Made by a program: the position numbers and the translations under genes. A model generated the notes under the pieces. That model made no database searches and was not told the origin of the DNA. It was given only the letters and a program-made list of their open reading frames with translations. From Deltaproteobacteria bacterium (GTDB taxonomy: Bacteria; Myxococcota_A; Polyangia; JAAYKL01), in contig JAQTNF010000001.1 of the NCBI GenBank assembly GCA_028713995.1, positions 39,981 through 103,980 on the forward strand: a DNA stretch of 64,000 nucleotides. Direction: 5' to 3'. Positions 26,267 to 35,064 of this stretch are shown here, piece by piece (positions within the stretch are counted from its first letter, which is position 1; every line of letters starts with the position of its first letter).

Positions 26267-26913
26267 GACGGCAATCGAAAGTCATGCGCATTCCGCTCGC
26301 GGCGATGGCGCTCGCGCTCCTGGCGCAGGCGTGGACGGCCTTCGCCCAGGAGCCGCCTCCACCTCCGCCCCCGCCTCCGGCCGCGGAGCAGCCCCCTGCC
26401 CCGCAGCCCTGCGTGCCCTCGTGCCGCGCGGGCTACACGTGCGTCGACGGACGCTGCCTGTCCCCGTGCAACCCGCCGTGCCCGGACAGCGAGGTCTGCA
26501 CCCGCAACGGGCTGTGCCTTCCCGCCACCGAGCCGGTCGCGCCCCGGGCACCAGCGCTCGGGACGACGGCGTTGTCCGGCCGATCCGTGAGAGCGGGGGC
26601 CGGAGGGCCGTCCAAGGACACCACCGAGTTGCGCGACAAGTTCTCCGCCCAGCGCGCCGGGGGCGCGTTCCTCATCATCCTGTCGGTCCTCTCCGGCACC
26701 GCCAGCGGCCTCATGGTCGGCCTCGGCGATTCGGACATCGCCATGTGGGGCTCCATCATCTCGCCCCTCGAGCTCGCCTTCGGCATCCCGGGCATCACCC
26801 TCGTGGTGACGGGCTCGACGGGCCTCGGCAAGCTCGACAAGGGCATCCCCATCACGCAGGGAGGCCCGAGGCTGCACGTCGGCGCAGCGCCGGCGCTCAC
26901 GCTCGAGTTCTGA
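26263..26913 (+). CDS. secreted Pro-rich / Cys-rich protein with a hydrophobic C-terminal half
   Basis: The ATG overlaps the upstream stop (ATGA). Signal peptide, then 'EPPPPPPPPPAAEQPPAPQP', then Cys pairs 'CVPSCRAGYTCVDGRCLSPCNPPCPDSEVC'. Confidence 0.45.
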   Translation: MRRQSKVMRIPLAAMALALLAQAWTAFAQEPPPPPPPPPAAEQPPAPQPCVPSCRAGYTCVDGRCLSPCNPPCPDSEVCTRNGLCLPATEPVAPRAPALGTTALSGRSVRAGAGGPSKDTTELRDKFSAQRAGGAFLIILSVLSGTASGLMVGLGDSDIAMWGSIISPLELAFGIPGITLVVTGSTGLGKLDKGIPITQGGPRLHVGAAPALTLEF

Positions 26914-26982
26914 CCTCGTTTGACGCCTCGCGCTTCGGAGCTACTGTTACCACTCGACACGCCGAAAAAAGGAGGGAAGGGC

Positions 26983-27621
26983 ATGAAGATCGGAATCATC
27001 GGATCGGGCGACGTGGCAAAGGCGCTGGGCAGGGGCTTCCTCGCGCACGGCCACGAGGTGATGCTGGGCACGCGCACCGCGGGCAAGCTCGCGGATTGGG
27101 CGACGGAGAATCCCAAGGGCAAGGTGGGCGGCTTCCCGGACGCGGCCAGGTTCGGGGAGTTGGTCGTGCTTTCCGTCAAGGGCCTCGCCGCGATGGACGC
27201 CCTGCGCGAGACGGGCGTCTTGAACCTCGCCGGCAAGACCGTCATCGACACGACGAACCCGATCGCGGACGCGCCTCCGGACAACGGCGTGCTGCGCTTC
27301 TTCACGAGCCTCGACGACTCCCTCATGGAGCGCCTGCAGCACACGGCCCCGGACGCGCGCTTCGTCAAGGCCTTCAACTCCGTGGGCAACGCCCTCATGG
27401 TGAACCCGAGCTTCAAAAGCGACAGGCCAACCATGTTCATCTGCGGCAACGACCAGGCTGCCAAGATGACCGTGCGGGGGCTGCTCGAGCAGTTCGGGTG
27501 GGACACCGCGGACATGGGCGGCGCCCAGGCGGCGCGCGCCATCGAGCCCCTGTGCATGCTGTGGTGCATCCCTGGATTTTTGCGCAACGACTGGCGCCAC
27601 GCGTTCAAGCTGCTCGCGTAA
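26983..27621 (+). CDS. NAD(P)-binding oxidoreductase (F420-dependent NADP reductase / ProC-like fold)
   Basis: RBS AAGGAGGG. Rossmann motif 'MKIGIIGSGDVAKALG'. 212 aa. Confidence 0.7.
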   Translation: MKIGIIGSGDVAKALGRGFLAHGHEVMLGTRTAGKLADWATENPKGKVGGFPDAARFGELVVLSVKGLAAMDALRETGVLNLAGKTVIDTTNPIADAPPDNGVLRFFTSLDDSLMERLQHTAPDARFVKAFNSVGNALMVNPSFKSDRPTMFICGNDQAAKMTVRGLLEQFGWDTADMGGAQAARAIEPLCMLWCIPGFLRNDWRHAFKLLA

Positions 27622-27637
27622 GTCGCGCAGGGCCGAT

Positions 27638-29776
27638 CTACTTGGGGATCTCGGGGCTCTTCTCGAGCCACGCCTTGAAGGCGTCGAAGGTGTAGGGGCG
27701 GCCGAGGAACTTCTCGACCATGGCCGCGGCGTCGACCGAGCCGCCGGGCGCGAGCACGTCCGCGCGGTACTCGAGGGCCGTGGGCTTGTCGAGGAGCCCC
27801 TTCTGCTCGAATCGCGTGAAGAGATCCTTGGAGAGCACGAGCGACCACATGTACGTGTAGTACATGGAGCTGTACCCATCCAGGTGGCCGAAGTTGTCGT
27901 ACTCCCAGGTCCCGGCCTCGAGCGGGTACGGGCTGTACTTCTGCTGAAGCTCCTTCACCACGCCCATGAGGTCCATGTCCTTGGGGTCGCGGGAGTGGTA
28001 CGCGAGCGAAAGCGCGGCGTAAAAGATCTGGCGCATGGTGTGCACGCCCTTGCCGAACTCGTCGGCCGCGCGCATGCGCGTCACGAGGTCCTTCGGGATG
28101 GGCTCGCCCGTCGCGTTCGTCGCGAAACGCCGGAGCACGTCCGCGTTCCACGCCCACTCCTCCATGATCTGCGACGGCGCCTCCGCGAAGTCCCACTCGC
28201 ACGAGAGCCCGGCCAGGTTGTACCAGCGCTGCTTGCCGGACAGCATGTGGTGCATGAGGTGGCCGAACTCGTGGAAGAACGTCACGACGTCGTTGTGCTC
28301 CATGAGCGCGCGCCCGCCCGTGAGCTTGGGATCCGGGAAGTTGCACACCATGGCGCCCGACGGGAGCTGCCGGCCGTCCACGCCCGTGTTCATGGGGAAC
28401 ATGGCCGCGTGGTTGTACTTGCCGTTCCGCGGGTGCATGTCCATGTAGACGCGCCCCAGGATCTCGGCGCCGTCCATCACGTCGTACGCCTCCACGCTCG
28501 GATCCCATGCGTCCGGCTTGTCGACCTTCTTGAACACCACGCCGAACAAGTCCTGGTTCAGCGCGAGCAGCCCGTCACGCACCTTCTCGAACGCGAAGTA
28601 CTCGCGCACCTTCTGCGAGTCCACGCCGAAGCGCTCGGAGCGCACCTTCTCCACGTAGTAGAAGCGGTCCCACACGTGGATGACGGCGGGATCGGTGACG
28701 ATCGCGGCCGGCGCCGCGCCCTTCCTGGCCTTCTTCGCGTCCGCAGCGTCCCTGGCCTTGCGCGCCGAGAGGTCGGAGAGATCGGCCTTCATGCGCGGCC
28801 GGCCGATGTCCGCCACCTTGTCGATGAACTCGGCGATGACCTTCTCGTGGCCCACCATCTTGTCCTCGGCGTTGTACTCGGCCCAGTCCGGGTAGCCGAG
28901 CATGACCGCGTAGGCGTGGCGCAGGGTGAGCAGCTTCTTGAGGGCCTCGTCGTTGGCCGGGTGGCCGCGCGACAGGAAGCGGAGGTAGAGCTCCTTGCGC
29001 AGCTCCTCGCTCGTCGAGTAGGTGGCGAACGGGAAGAAGTCCGGGTAGTCGGTGCTGACGCGGATCTTGCCGTCGGCGCCGGGCTTGTGGCTGTCCACGA
29101 AGTCCCGCGGCAGCCCGGCGAGGTCCGCGGCGCCCGAGAGCGCGATCTCGCGCTTGTCCTCGCGGATGGTGCGCGAAAAGTCCTGGCCGGTCTTGACCAA
29201 CTCCTCGTTCAGGCGCGCGAGCTCCTTGCGCGTGGTTTCGTCCTTGTCCACGCCCGCGCGGCGGTAGTCGCGCAGCAGGTGGTCGAGCGAGCGCCCGGCC
29301 ATGGGGTCGAGGCCGTCCGCGGGCACGGCAAAGAGCGCGTCGAAAAGGCCCCGGTCGAGCTTGAGATCCGAATAGAACTTCATGGCGTCCTGCTGGCACT
29401 TCTCCGCGGCCTCGCGCACGGCCTTGTCCGGGTGCACGTTGGCCACGAGGTCCGACAGCGGCAGCACGCGGTCGAGCTCCACCAGCATGTCGCTCATCGG
29501 CGCGAGCGTATTCTGCGCGGTGCGCGGTCCTTCGACCGCCTTGAGGTAGTCACGGACGGCCTGCGCCGCGCTGATGTGCGCCTTGCACGAGGCATGCACC
29601 TCGGCCGCCGTGTGCCAGATCTCCGGGGTGAGGAGCGTGGGCGGCGGCGGCGGCAGGGTCTTCCTCTGCGGCGCGGGTGGGGTCGCGGGCTGCGGCGCGG
29701 GAGCCACGGCCCCGGAGCAGCCGGCGAGGCACGCGGCGATCAGGAGCGCGAGCACGACAAGGACGGTGTGACGCAT
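27638..29776 (-). CDS. M3 family zinc metallopeptidase (oligopeptidase A / Dcp-like) lipoprotein
   Basis: RBS GAGGAGG. Lipobox 'LIAACLAGC'. Zinc site 'FFHEFGHLMHH' with the downstream E. 712 aa. The 438 upstream codons of the ORF-track entry are rejected. Confidence 0.85.
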   Translation of the reverse strand: MRHTVLVVLALLIAACLAGCSGAVAPAPQPATPPAPQRKTLPPPPPTLLTPEIWHTAAEVHASCKAHISAAQAVRDYLKAVEGPRTAQNTLAPMSDMLVELDRVLPLSDLVANVHPDKAVREAAEKCQQDAMKFYSDLKLDRGLFDALFAVPADGLDPMAGRSLDHLLRDYRRAGVDKDETTRKELARLNEELVKTGQDFSRTIREDKREIALSGAADLAGLPRDFVDSHKPGADGKIRVSTDYPDFFPFATYSTSEELRKELYLRFLSRGHPANDEALKKLLTLRHAYAVMLGYPDWAEYNAEDKMVGHEKVIAEFIDKVADIGRPRMKADLSDLSARKARDAADAKKARKGAAPAAIVTDPAVIHVWDRFYYVEKVRSERFGVDSQKVREYFAFEKVRDGLLALNQDLFGVVFKKVDKPDAWDPSVEAYDVMDGAEILGRVYMDMHPRNGKYNHAAMFPMNTGVDGRQLPSGAMVCNFPDPKLTGGRALMEHNDVVTFFHEFGHLMHHMLSGKQRWYNLAGLSCEWDFAEAPSQIMEEWAWNADVLRRFATNATGEPIPKDLVTRMRAADEFGKGVHTMRQIFYAALSLAYHSRDPKDMDLMGVVKELQQKYSPYPLEAGTWEYDNFGHLDGYSSMYYTYMWSLVLSKDLFTRFEQKGLLDKPTALEYRADVLAPGGSVDAAAMVEKFLGRPYTFDAFKAWLEKSPEIPK

Positions 29777-29954
29777 GGGAATTCCTCCTCGGGTTCGGGT
29801 CTTCATGGACGGGGCTTTCCCGGATTCCTTAGCACAATATCGGCCTCGGCGGGGGATCTGGATCAAAAAGGCAACGTTGTGTATACACGAGCATCCCTTA
29901 TGGACGAAGGAGGCCCGCACGGACCTTTTTCGAGGAGGAGTCGAGGTGAACACC

Positions 29955-30887
29955 ATGAAGAGATACTCGATTGTCATCGCCCTTTTGGTCCTCATCGGCG
30001 GCGCCGGGTGCGGAACGTCCAAGACCGAGGAAACGCCCTCGTCGGGTGCATCCAAGGAAGATCGTCTCGCCAAGATCAAGGCGGCCATCGACAAGCTCGG
30101 GACGGCCGACGAGGCCGGTCTGATCCAGGCCTTGAAGCATGATGACCGGCGCGTGCGAAAGGTCGCGGCCGAGAAGATCGCCGAGCGCAACCTCTCGAGC
30201 CCGAGCGTGATCACGGCCCTCATTCCGATCCTCGCGGACCGCGACCGCAAGTGCCGCGGCACGGCCAAGGCCGCGCTGGTCAAGATCGGAGAGCAGGCCG
30301 TGGAGCCGCTCATCGACACGCTGCGCAAGGACAACCCGCTGCGCCGCCTGTCGTACACGGACCACGACCAGACCCACCCCATCCGCGACATGATCAAGGT
30401 GACCCTGGGCGATATGGGAGAGGTTGCCGTGCCAAAGCTTCTGCTGGCCCTCGACATCGACGACGTCTCGGTGAAGCTGAATGCATCCGGCGCGCTCGGT
30501 CGCATGGGCGCCAAGGCCAAGGCCGCGGTTCCGCGCCTGCTCACGGCCCTAGAGGACAAGGAGTGGGGGATCCGGCTCAACGCCACCGGCGACCTGTCGA
30601 AGATCGCTCCCGACGATCCGGCCGTGCGCGCGGCGGTCGAGAAGAAGCTGACCGACCCGCAACCCGAGGTGCAGGCCGAGGCCAAGCGCGCCATGGACGC
30701 CTTTGCCAAGGCCGCGGCCACCCCGGCCGCCGTCCCCGCGGAGCCGGGCAAGGCACCCGCCGAGGCCGCCAAGGCCGAGAACGCGAAGCCCGAGACGGCC
30801 AAGCCCGAGGCCAAGCCGGTCGCCGCCAAGGCCGCAAAACCCGCAGCCAAACCGGCCGACAAGCCCGCCGCCGCCCCCAAGAAGTAG
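29955..30887 (+). CDS. HEAT-repeat lipoprotein with an Ala/Lys/Pro-rich tail
   Basis: RBS GGAGGAG. Lipobox 'LIGGAGC'. HEAT/PBS-lyase-like repeats ('DRRVRKVAAEKIAE', 'DRKCRGTAKAALVKIG', 'DVSVKLNASGALGRMG', 'EWGIRLNATGDLSKI'). Tail 'AKPEAKPVAAKAAKPAAKPADKPAAAPKK'. Confidence 0.65.
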   Translation: MKRYSIVIALLVLIGGAGCGTSKTEETPSSGASKEDRLAKIKAAIDKLGTADEAGLIQALKHDDRRVRKVAAEKIAERNLSSPSVITALIPILADRDRKCRGTAKAALVKIGEQAVEPLIDTLRKDNPLRRLSYTDHDQTHPIRDMIKVTLGDMGEVAVPKLLLALDIDDVSVKLNASGALGRMGAKAKAAVPRLLTALEDKEWGIRLNATGDLSKIAPDDPAVRAAVEKKLTDPQPEVQAEAKRAMDAFAKAAATPAAVPAEPGKAPAEAAKAENAKPETAKPEAKPVAAKAAKPAAKPADKPAAAPKK

Positions 30888-30950
30888 CCGTCTTCTTTCC
30901 TCGCCACGCAAAATTGACACCTCGGCCCGTTTGCGGGCACGCTCCTTTGC

Positions 30951-32267
30951 ATGTCGAAGGACAAGGAACGAGGCGCCGGGAATCGGTCGAAGCTGCGCGC
31001 CCTCGCGGGCCCGCTCATCGTGTTCGCGGCCGGGCTCCTCGTGTTCTCCGCGTTCTCGGGAAAGCGCCTCCTCAAGCACTCGAACGACAACCACTACGTG
31101 TACCTGGCGGACGGCATGCTGCACGGTCGCCTGGCGCTCGAAGGCCGCCCTCCGCACCTGAACGACTGGGCCAAGTACCAGGACAAGTGGTACGTGTCGT
31201 TCCCGCCCGCGCCGGCCGTGCTCATGATGCCGGGCGTGGCCATCTGGGGCCTCGAGTTCAACGATCGGATCTTCACCCTGTTCTTCGCCGCGGCCGGGCC
31301 GGCCCTGCTCTTCTGGCTCATGCAGCTGCTCGTGGTGAAAGGACGCTTCGAGCGCTCCACGCGCGAGATCGCTCTCCTCGCGCTCGTGTTCGGCGTCGGC
31401 ACCGTCTACTTCTTCAGCGCGGTGCAGGGCTCGGTGTGGTTCACGGCCCACATGGTGGCCGGCGTGCTCCTCCTGCTCTATGCCGGCGCCTCGCTCGACG
31501 GCCGACATCCGATCCTGGCCGGACTGTTCCTGGGGCTCGCGTTCGCCACGCGACCGCCCATGCTCGTGGCCTTTCCGTTCTTTTTGCACGAGATGCTGCG
31601 CCCCCATGCACCCGGCGACGCGCCCACGGCGTGGAGCTGGCTCAAGGGATCCCTCCGCGGCATCGGTTTCAAGCGGCTTGCGCGCAAGTGCCTCGCATTC
31701 GGCGTTCCGCTCGCCGTGATCCTGGCGCTGCTCATGGCCATGAACGCGGCGCGCTTCGACGATCCGTTCGAGTTCGGGCACAAGCACCTGCAGGTGCGCT
31801 GGGTGGCGCGCATCGAGGAGTGGGGCCTGTTCAACTACCACTACCTGGGGCGCAACCTGACCGTGGCCCTGGCCCTCGTGCCGTGGATCACCCACGCGCC
31901 GCCGTATCTCGGCGTGAGCCGCCACGGGCTCGCCCTGTGGTTCACGACCCCCGTGTTCCTGTGGATCCTGTGGCCCGCTTTCCGCACGCCGCTCTATACC
32001 GCGCTCGCCCTGACCGTTGCGGCCGTAGCGATTCCGGACCTGCTCTACCAGAACTCGGGCTGGCTCCAGTTCGGCTACCGCTTCTCGCTCGACTACGCGC
32101 CGTTCCTCATGCTCATGCTGGCGGCGTCCGGACGCCGCTTCGGCAGGCTCTTCATCGCGCTCGCGCTCGCGGGCATCGCCGTCAACGCCTTCGGCGCCGT
32201 GACCTTCGATCGTTACTGGGAGTTCTACCCGACCGAAAGCACGCGGACCTACTTCCAGCCCGAGTAG
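30951..32267 (+). CDS. polytopic inner-membrane protein, possibly a GT-C-type glycosyltransferase
   Basis: 438 aa with about 11 hydrophobic helices and periplasmic-loop Trp/aromatic motifs. Family assignment is uncertain. Confidence 0.45.
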   Translation: MSKDKERGAGNRSKLRALAGPLIVFAAGLLVFSAFSGKRLLKHSNDNHYVYLADGMLHGRLALEGRPPHLNDWAKYQDKWYVSFPPAPAVLMMPGVAIWGLEFNDRIFTLFFAAAGPALLFWLMQLLVVKGRFERSTREIALLALVFGVGTVYFFSAVQGSVWFTAHMVAGVLLLLYAGASLDGRHPILAGLFLGLAFATRPPMLVAFPFFLHEMLRPHAPGDAPTAWSWLKGSLRGIGFKRLARKCLAFGVPLAVILALLMAMNAARFDDPFEFGHKHLQVRWVARIEEWGLFNYHYLGRNLTVALALVPWITHAPPYLGVSRHGLALWFTTPVFLWILWPAFRTPLYTALALTVAAVAIPDLLYQNSGWLQFGYRFSLDYAPFLMLMLAASGRRFGRLFIALALAGIAVNAFGAVTFDRYWEFYPTESTRTYFQPE

Positions 32268-32358
32268 TCGGCTCCCCCGACCTCGCACGGCTTGCGGAAC
32301 TTCTGCGCTCCGGTCGAAAAGCTGGTTGCGCGCCCCATGACGGGGTAGACTCCGGCAT

Positions 32359-32994
32359 ATGGGTCGCCCCGCGCCAGGAATCGCCGTGCTCTTCGCCCTG
32401 CTCGCGGCGCCTCTCGCCGGCGCGCTCGCGGCCGGTGCCGAATTCACTCCCGAGGAGCTCGCCAAGCTCGGCAAGGGCGATGTGGTGCGACGCATCAGCC
32501 CCGACAACGGCAAGGACGGACGCTTCGGCGGCAGCGGCTGGGCGCTCATCGACGCCGCACCCGACAAGGTGTGGACCGCGATCCAGGACTGGAAGAACTA
32601 TCCCGAAATTTTTCCAAACACCGTCGAAACGTCGGTGATCTCCCGCCGCGAGGGACGCTCGCTCATCCGCATGAAGCTCGGCCACCCGATCATCTCCATC
32701 ACGTACCATGTGGAGATGGCACCCGAGGCCGCCACATGGACCATGCGGTTCAAGCTGGTGCGCAACTTCCCGAGCGACCTCGACGCCATCGACGGCTACT
32801 GGCGGCTCTATCCCATCGAGGGCGGCCGCACCTTGTGCTCCTACATCCTCAACGTCCACGTGCCCTCGGGTATCGTCAACATCCTGCCCGACTCGTTCAA
32901 GCGCATGGCCGTGCGCGGCGTGCTGGGCGTGCCCGGCTCGGTCAAGCAGTGGGTCGAGCGTCGCGAGCAACGCAAGCCCGCGACCGGCTCCTGA
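32359..32994 (+). CDS. secreted SRPBCC (START/Bet v1-like, polyketide-cyclase fold) protein
   Basis: Signal peptide 'IAVLFALLAAPLAGALAAGA'. 'VWTAIQDWKNYPEIFPNTVETSVI...LGHPIISITYHVEM' is typical of the SRPBCC fold. Confidence 0.55.
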   Translation: MGRPAPGIAVLFALLAAPLAGALAAGAEFTPEELAKLGKGDVVRRISPDNGKDGRFGGSGWALIDAAPDKVWTAIQDWKNYPEIFPNTVETSVISRREGRSLIRMKLGHPIISITYHVEMAPEAATWTMRFKLVRNFPSDLDAIDGYWRLYPIEGGRTLCSYILNVHVPSGIVNILPDSFKRMAVRGVLGVPGSVKQWVERREQRKPATGS

Positions 32995-33013
32995 AGCGCC
33001 CCCCTCACGTCCC

Positions 33014-34978
33014 TCAAGGTTGGGACTGGTACTCGAACGCCCCCATGTCGGCATAGTCAGGCACGCCGCCGCCCGTGTTCGGCGTGGCCGGATCGTCCTC
33101 GCGCTCCCTGCCGAGCGCGTCGAAGCTCGGCGCCACGTCCCCGTCGGCCGCGTCGATGCACGGCGAGCCGGCGGCGAGCCTGAAGTCGTAGACCTCGTAG
33201 GACGCCCCGGGCGCGTACGCGGTGATGTCGCCGAGGACCATGATCCTTGTCTTGGCGTTGTCGATGATGTGCGCGAAGAGCGGGTACGGGCTGACGGCGT
33301 CGCTCCAGATGAGCAGGGACAGGCCCGCGAGCTCGCCCGGTGTCCACGTCTCGTCGGAATCCTCGAGCGTGGTAATGAACATCTTCTCGTCGTACCACAT
33401 GGAATCGGGCTCCTGGCTCGCCACCGCGGGAAAGCCCCGGTAGATCGGATCCGCGTCGATGTTGCCGTCGCCCGCGTGGCCTCCGGCCACGTCGCTGTAA
33501 GTCACGTCCGCGGTCACGCCCGATCCCGCGATCTCGGGCGACACGTTCCCCCATAGGATCGAGCCCGCCACGACCGGCGCGCCGCCCAGCTCGCTCCAGA
33601 TGGCGCCCGCCGCCTCGCCGTACGACCGGTTGCCGACGAACGTGCAATTGATCACCATGGGCGAGCTCCCCATGTTGAACATGCCGCCGCCCGGGCCCGC
33701 GCCGCCGAAGTTTCCCACGAAGACCGAGCTCGTCACGACCGGCGCCGAGTTGATGTTTCCCATCCCGCCGCCATCGTTGCCCACGAACAGCGAGTCCGAC
33801 ACCACGGGCGCGCTGCCCTCGTTGCTCATCCCGCCGCCCACGTCCGTGGAGGAGTTGTTGGCGAACACGGCGGTCGAGACGGTCGGGAAGCTGGACCTGT
33901 TGCGCATGCCGATCGCGTTGCCGAAGAAGAGGGTGCGCGAGACGTCCGGGGCGCTCGAGTTCACGTTCAGCATCCCCTCGCCCCGGTTGCCGATGAACAT
34001 GGTATCCATGACCTCGGGAGAGCTGCGGTCGTTCAGCATGCCGCCGCCGTCGCCCGTGCATGTCCCTTCGCAATCCTCGGACACGAGATCGGCGCGGTTG
34101 CGCAGGAAGGCCGCGGAAGAGAGCGTCGGCGCGCTGTCCTCGTTCAGCATGCCGGCGCCGCGCCCCTTGCAGCTCTTCATGTCGCAGCTCTCGTAGAGCC
34201 CCGTGGCGCGGTTGCCGTCGAAGAGGGTGTTCTCGATGTGCGGCGAGCTGCGCAGGTTGTATATGCCGCCCCCGCCGTTCGCCGCCCGGTTCTCGGAGAA
34301 CTTGCAGTTCCTCACCGCGGGTGAGGCGTCCACGTTCAGCATGCCGCCGCCCTTCTCGTGCAGGGCGCCGCCGCCCGCGTCGCCGTTCCTCACGACGAAG
34401 CCGTCGAGGGAGGCGCCGTTCGCGCCCGTGACCACGTGGTAGACCTGCTTCATCCCCCTGCCCTTGTCGCGACCGTCAAGGATCGTCGTGTGCACGATGA
34501 CGTCGCGCTCGACGACCGACTGCTCGGTGCCGTCGAACCCGCCGACGAGCTGCACGCCCGGACGGAGCGTCACCGTGTCGCGCGGGTCCTTGCGATACGT
34601 GTAGTAGACGCCCTCGGCCACCCACACCGCGCATGTGCCGCCGCAGCCCTGGACCTCGCACTCGGCCGCGTCGAGGCCCTCCTCCACGGCGGCGAACGCG
34701 GTGGCCCAGGTGAGACCGTCTCCCAAAATCCCGGCGTCGGCGTTCCGGTCCGCGTCCACGCGGCGCACGCACGGCGAATCGCACAGGGGCGTGGGGCACT
34801 CGTGACCGGCGTCGATATCCGTGTCGTCGCTTGCGGTGCCCGTGTCGGCGTCGGTCCCGCCGTCGGTCCCGCCGTCGGCGGGCAGGCTCGTGTCCTTGTC
34901 GGCGTCCACCCCGCGCTCGCACGCGCCGCACGCGAGGAGCGCCGCGAGCACGCAAAGGGTCGTCAGGTTCGTCCTCAT
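33014..34978 (-). CDS. right-handed parallel beta-helix repeat lipoprotein, paralog of 24635..26266
   Basis: RBS GGAGGA. Lipobox 'LLACGAC'. Asp-rich linker. Many 'GGGM[LF]N..SSP.V' beta-helix rungs. C-terminal 'DYADMGAFEYQ'. Confidence 0.65.
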   Translation of the reverse strand: MRTNLTTLCVLAALLACGACERGVDADKDTSLPADGGTDGGTDADTGTASDDTDIDAGHECPTPLCDSPCVRRVDADRNADAGILGDGLTWATAFAAVEEGLDAAECEVQGCGGTCAVWVAEGVYYTYRKDPRDTVTLRPGVQLVGGFDGTEQSVVERDVIVHTTILDGRDKGRGMKQVYHVVTGANGASLDGFVVRNGDAGGGALHEKGGGMLNVDASPAVRNCKFSENRAANGGGGIYNLRSSPHIENTLFDGNRATGLYESCDMKSCKGRGAGMLNEDSAPTLSSAAFLRNRADLVSEDCEGTCTGDGGGMLNDRSSPEVMDTMFIGNRGEGMLNVNSSAPDVSRTLFFGNAIGMRNRSSFPTVSTAVFANNSSTDVGGGMSNEGSAPVVSDSLFVGNDGGGMGNINSAPVVTSSVFVGNFGGAGPGGGMFNMGSSPMVINCTFVGNRSYGEAAGAIWSELGGAPVVAGSILWGNVSPEIAGSGVTADVTYSDVAGGHAGDGNIDADPIYRGFPAVASQEPDSMWYDEKMFITTLEDSDETWTPGELAGLSLLIWSDAVSPYPLFAHIIDNAKTRIMVLGDITAYAPGASYEVYDFRLAAGSPCIDAADGDVAPSFDALGREREDDPATPNTGGGVPDYADMGAFEYQSQP

Positions 34979-35064
34979 GATGTCCTCCATCGCACCCTGG
35001 CAACTGGATTGACAGGCAAGTGCCGTTGTCTCAATAGACAAGGTTAGTTCAAGAAGAGGAAGGA

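Noticed and set aside
26433-30142. ORFs 26433..28508(-), 26947..27879(-), 27884..30142(+) and 28575..29399(-)
   Set aside because: They overlap the oxidoreductase and the M3 peptidase (HEFGH motif) in other frames. High-GC artefacts.
30251-32638. 795-aa plus-strand ORF, plus 30549..32567(-) and 32182..33054(-)
   Set aside because: Alternate frames of the HEAT lipoprotein, membrane protein and SRPBCC genes. Arg/Gly/Pro composition.
33057-34073. 338-aa minus-strand ORF in another frame of the beta-helix lipoprotein gene; also 34358..35047(+) and 34476..35003(-)
   Set aside because: Frame +1/+2 artefacts. The 33014..34978 frame carries the lipobox, beta-helix rungs and the conserved C-terminal motif.
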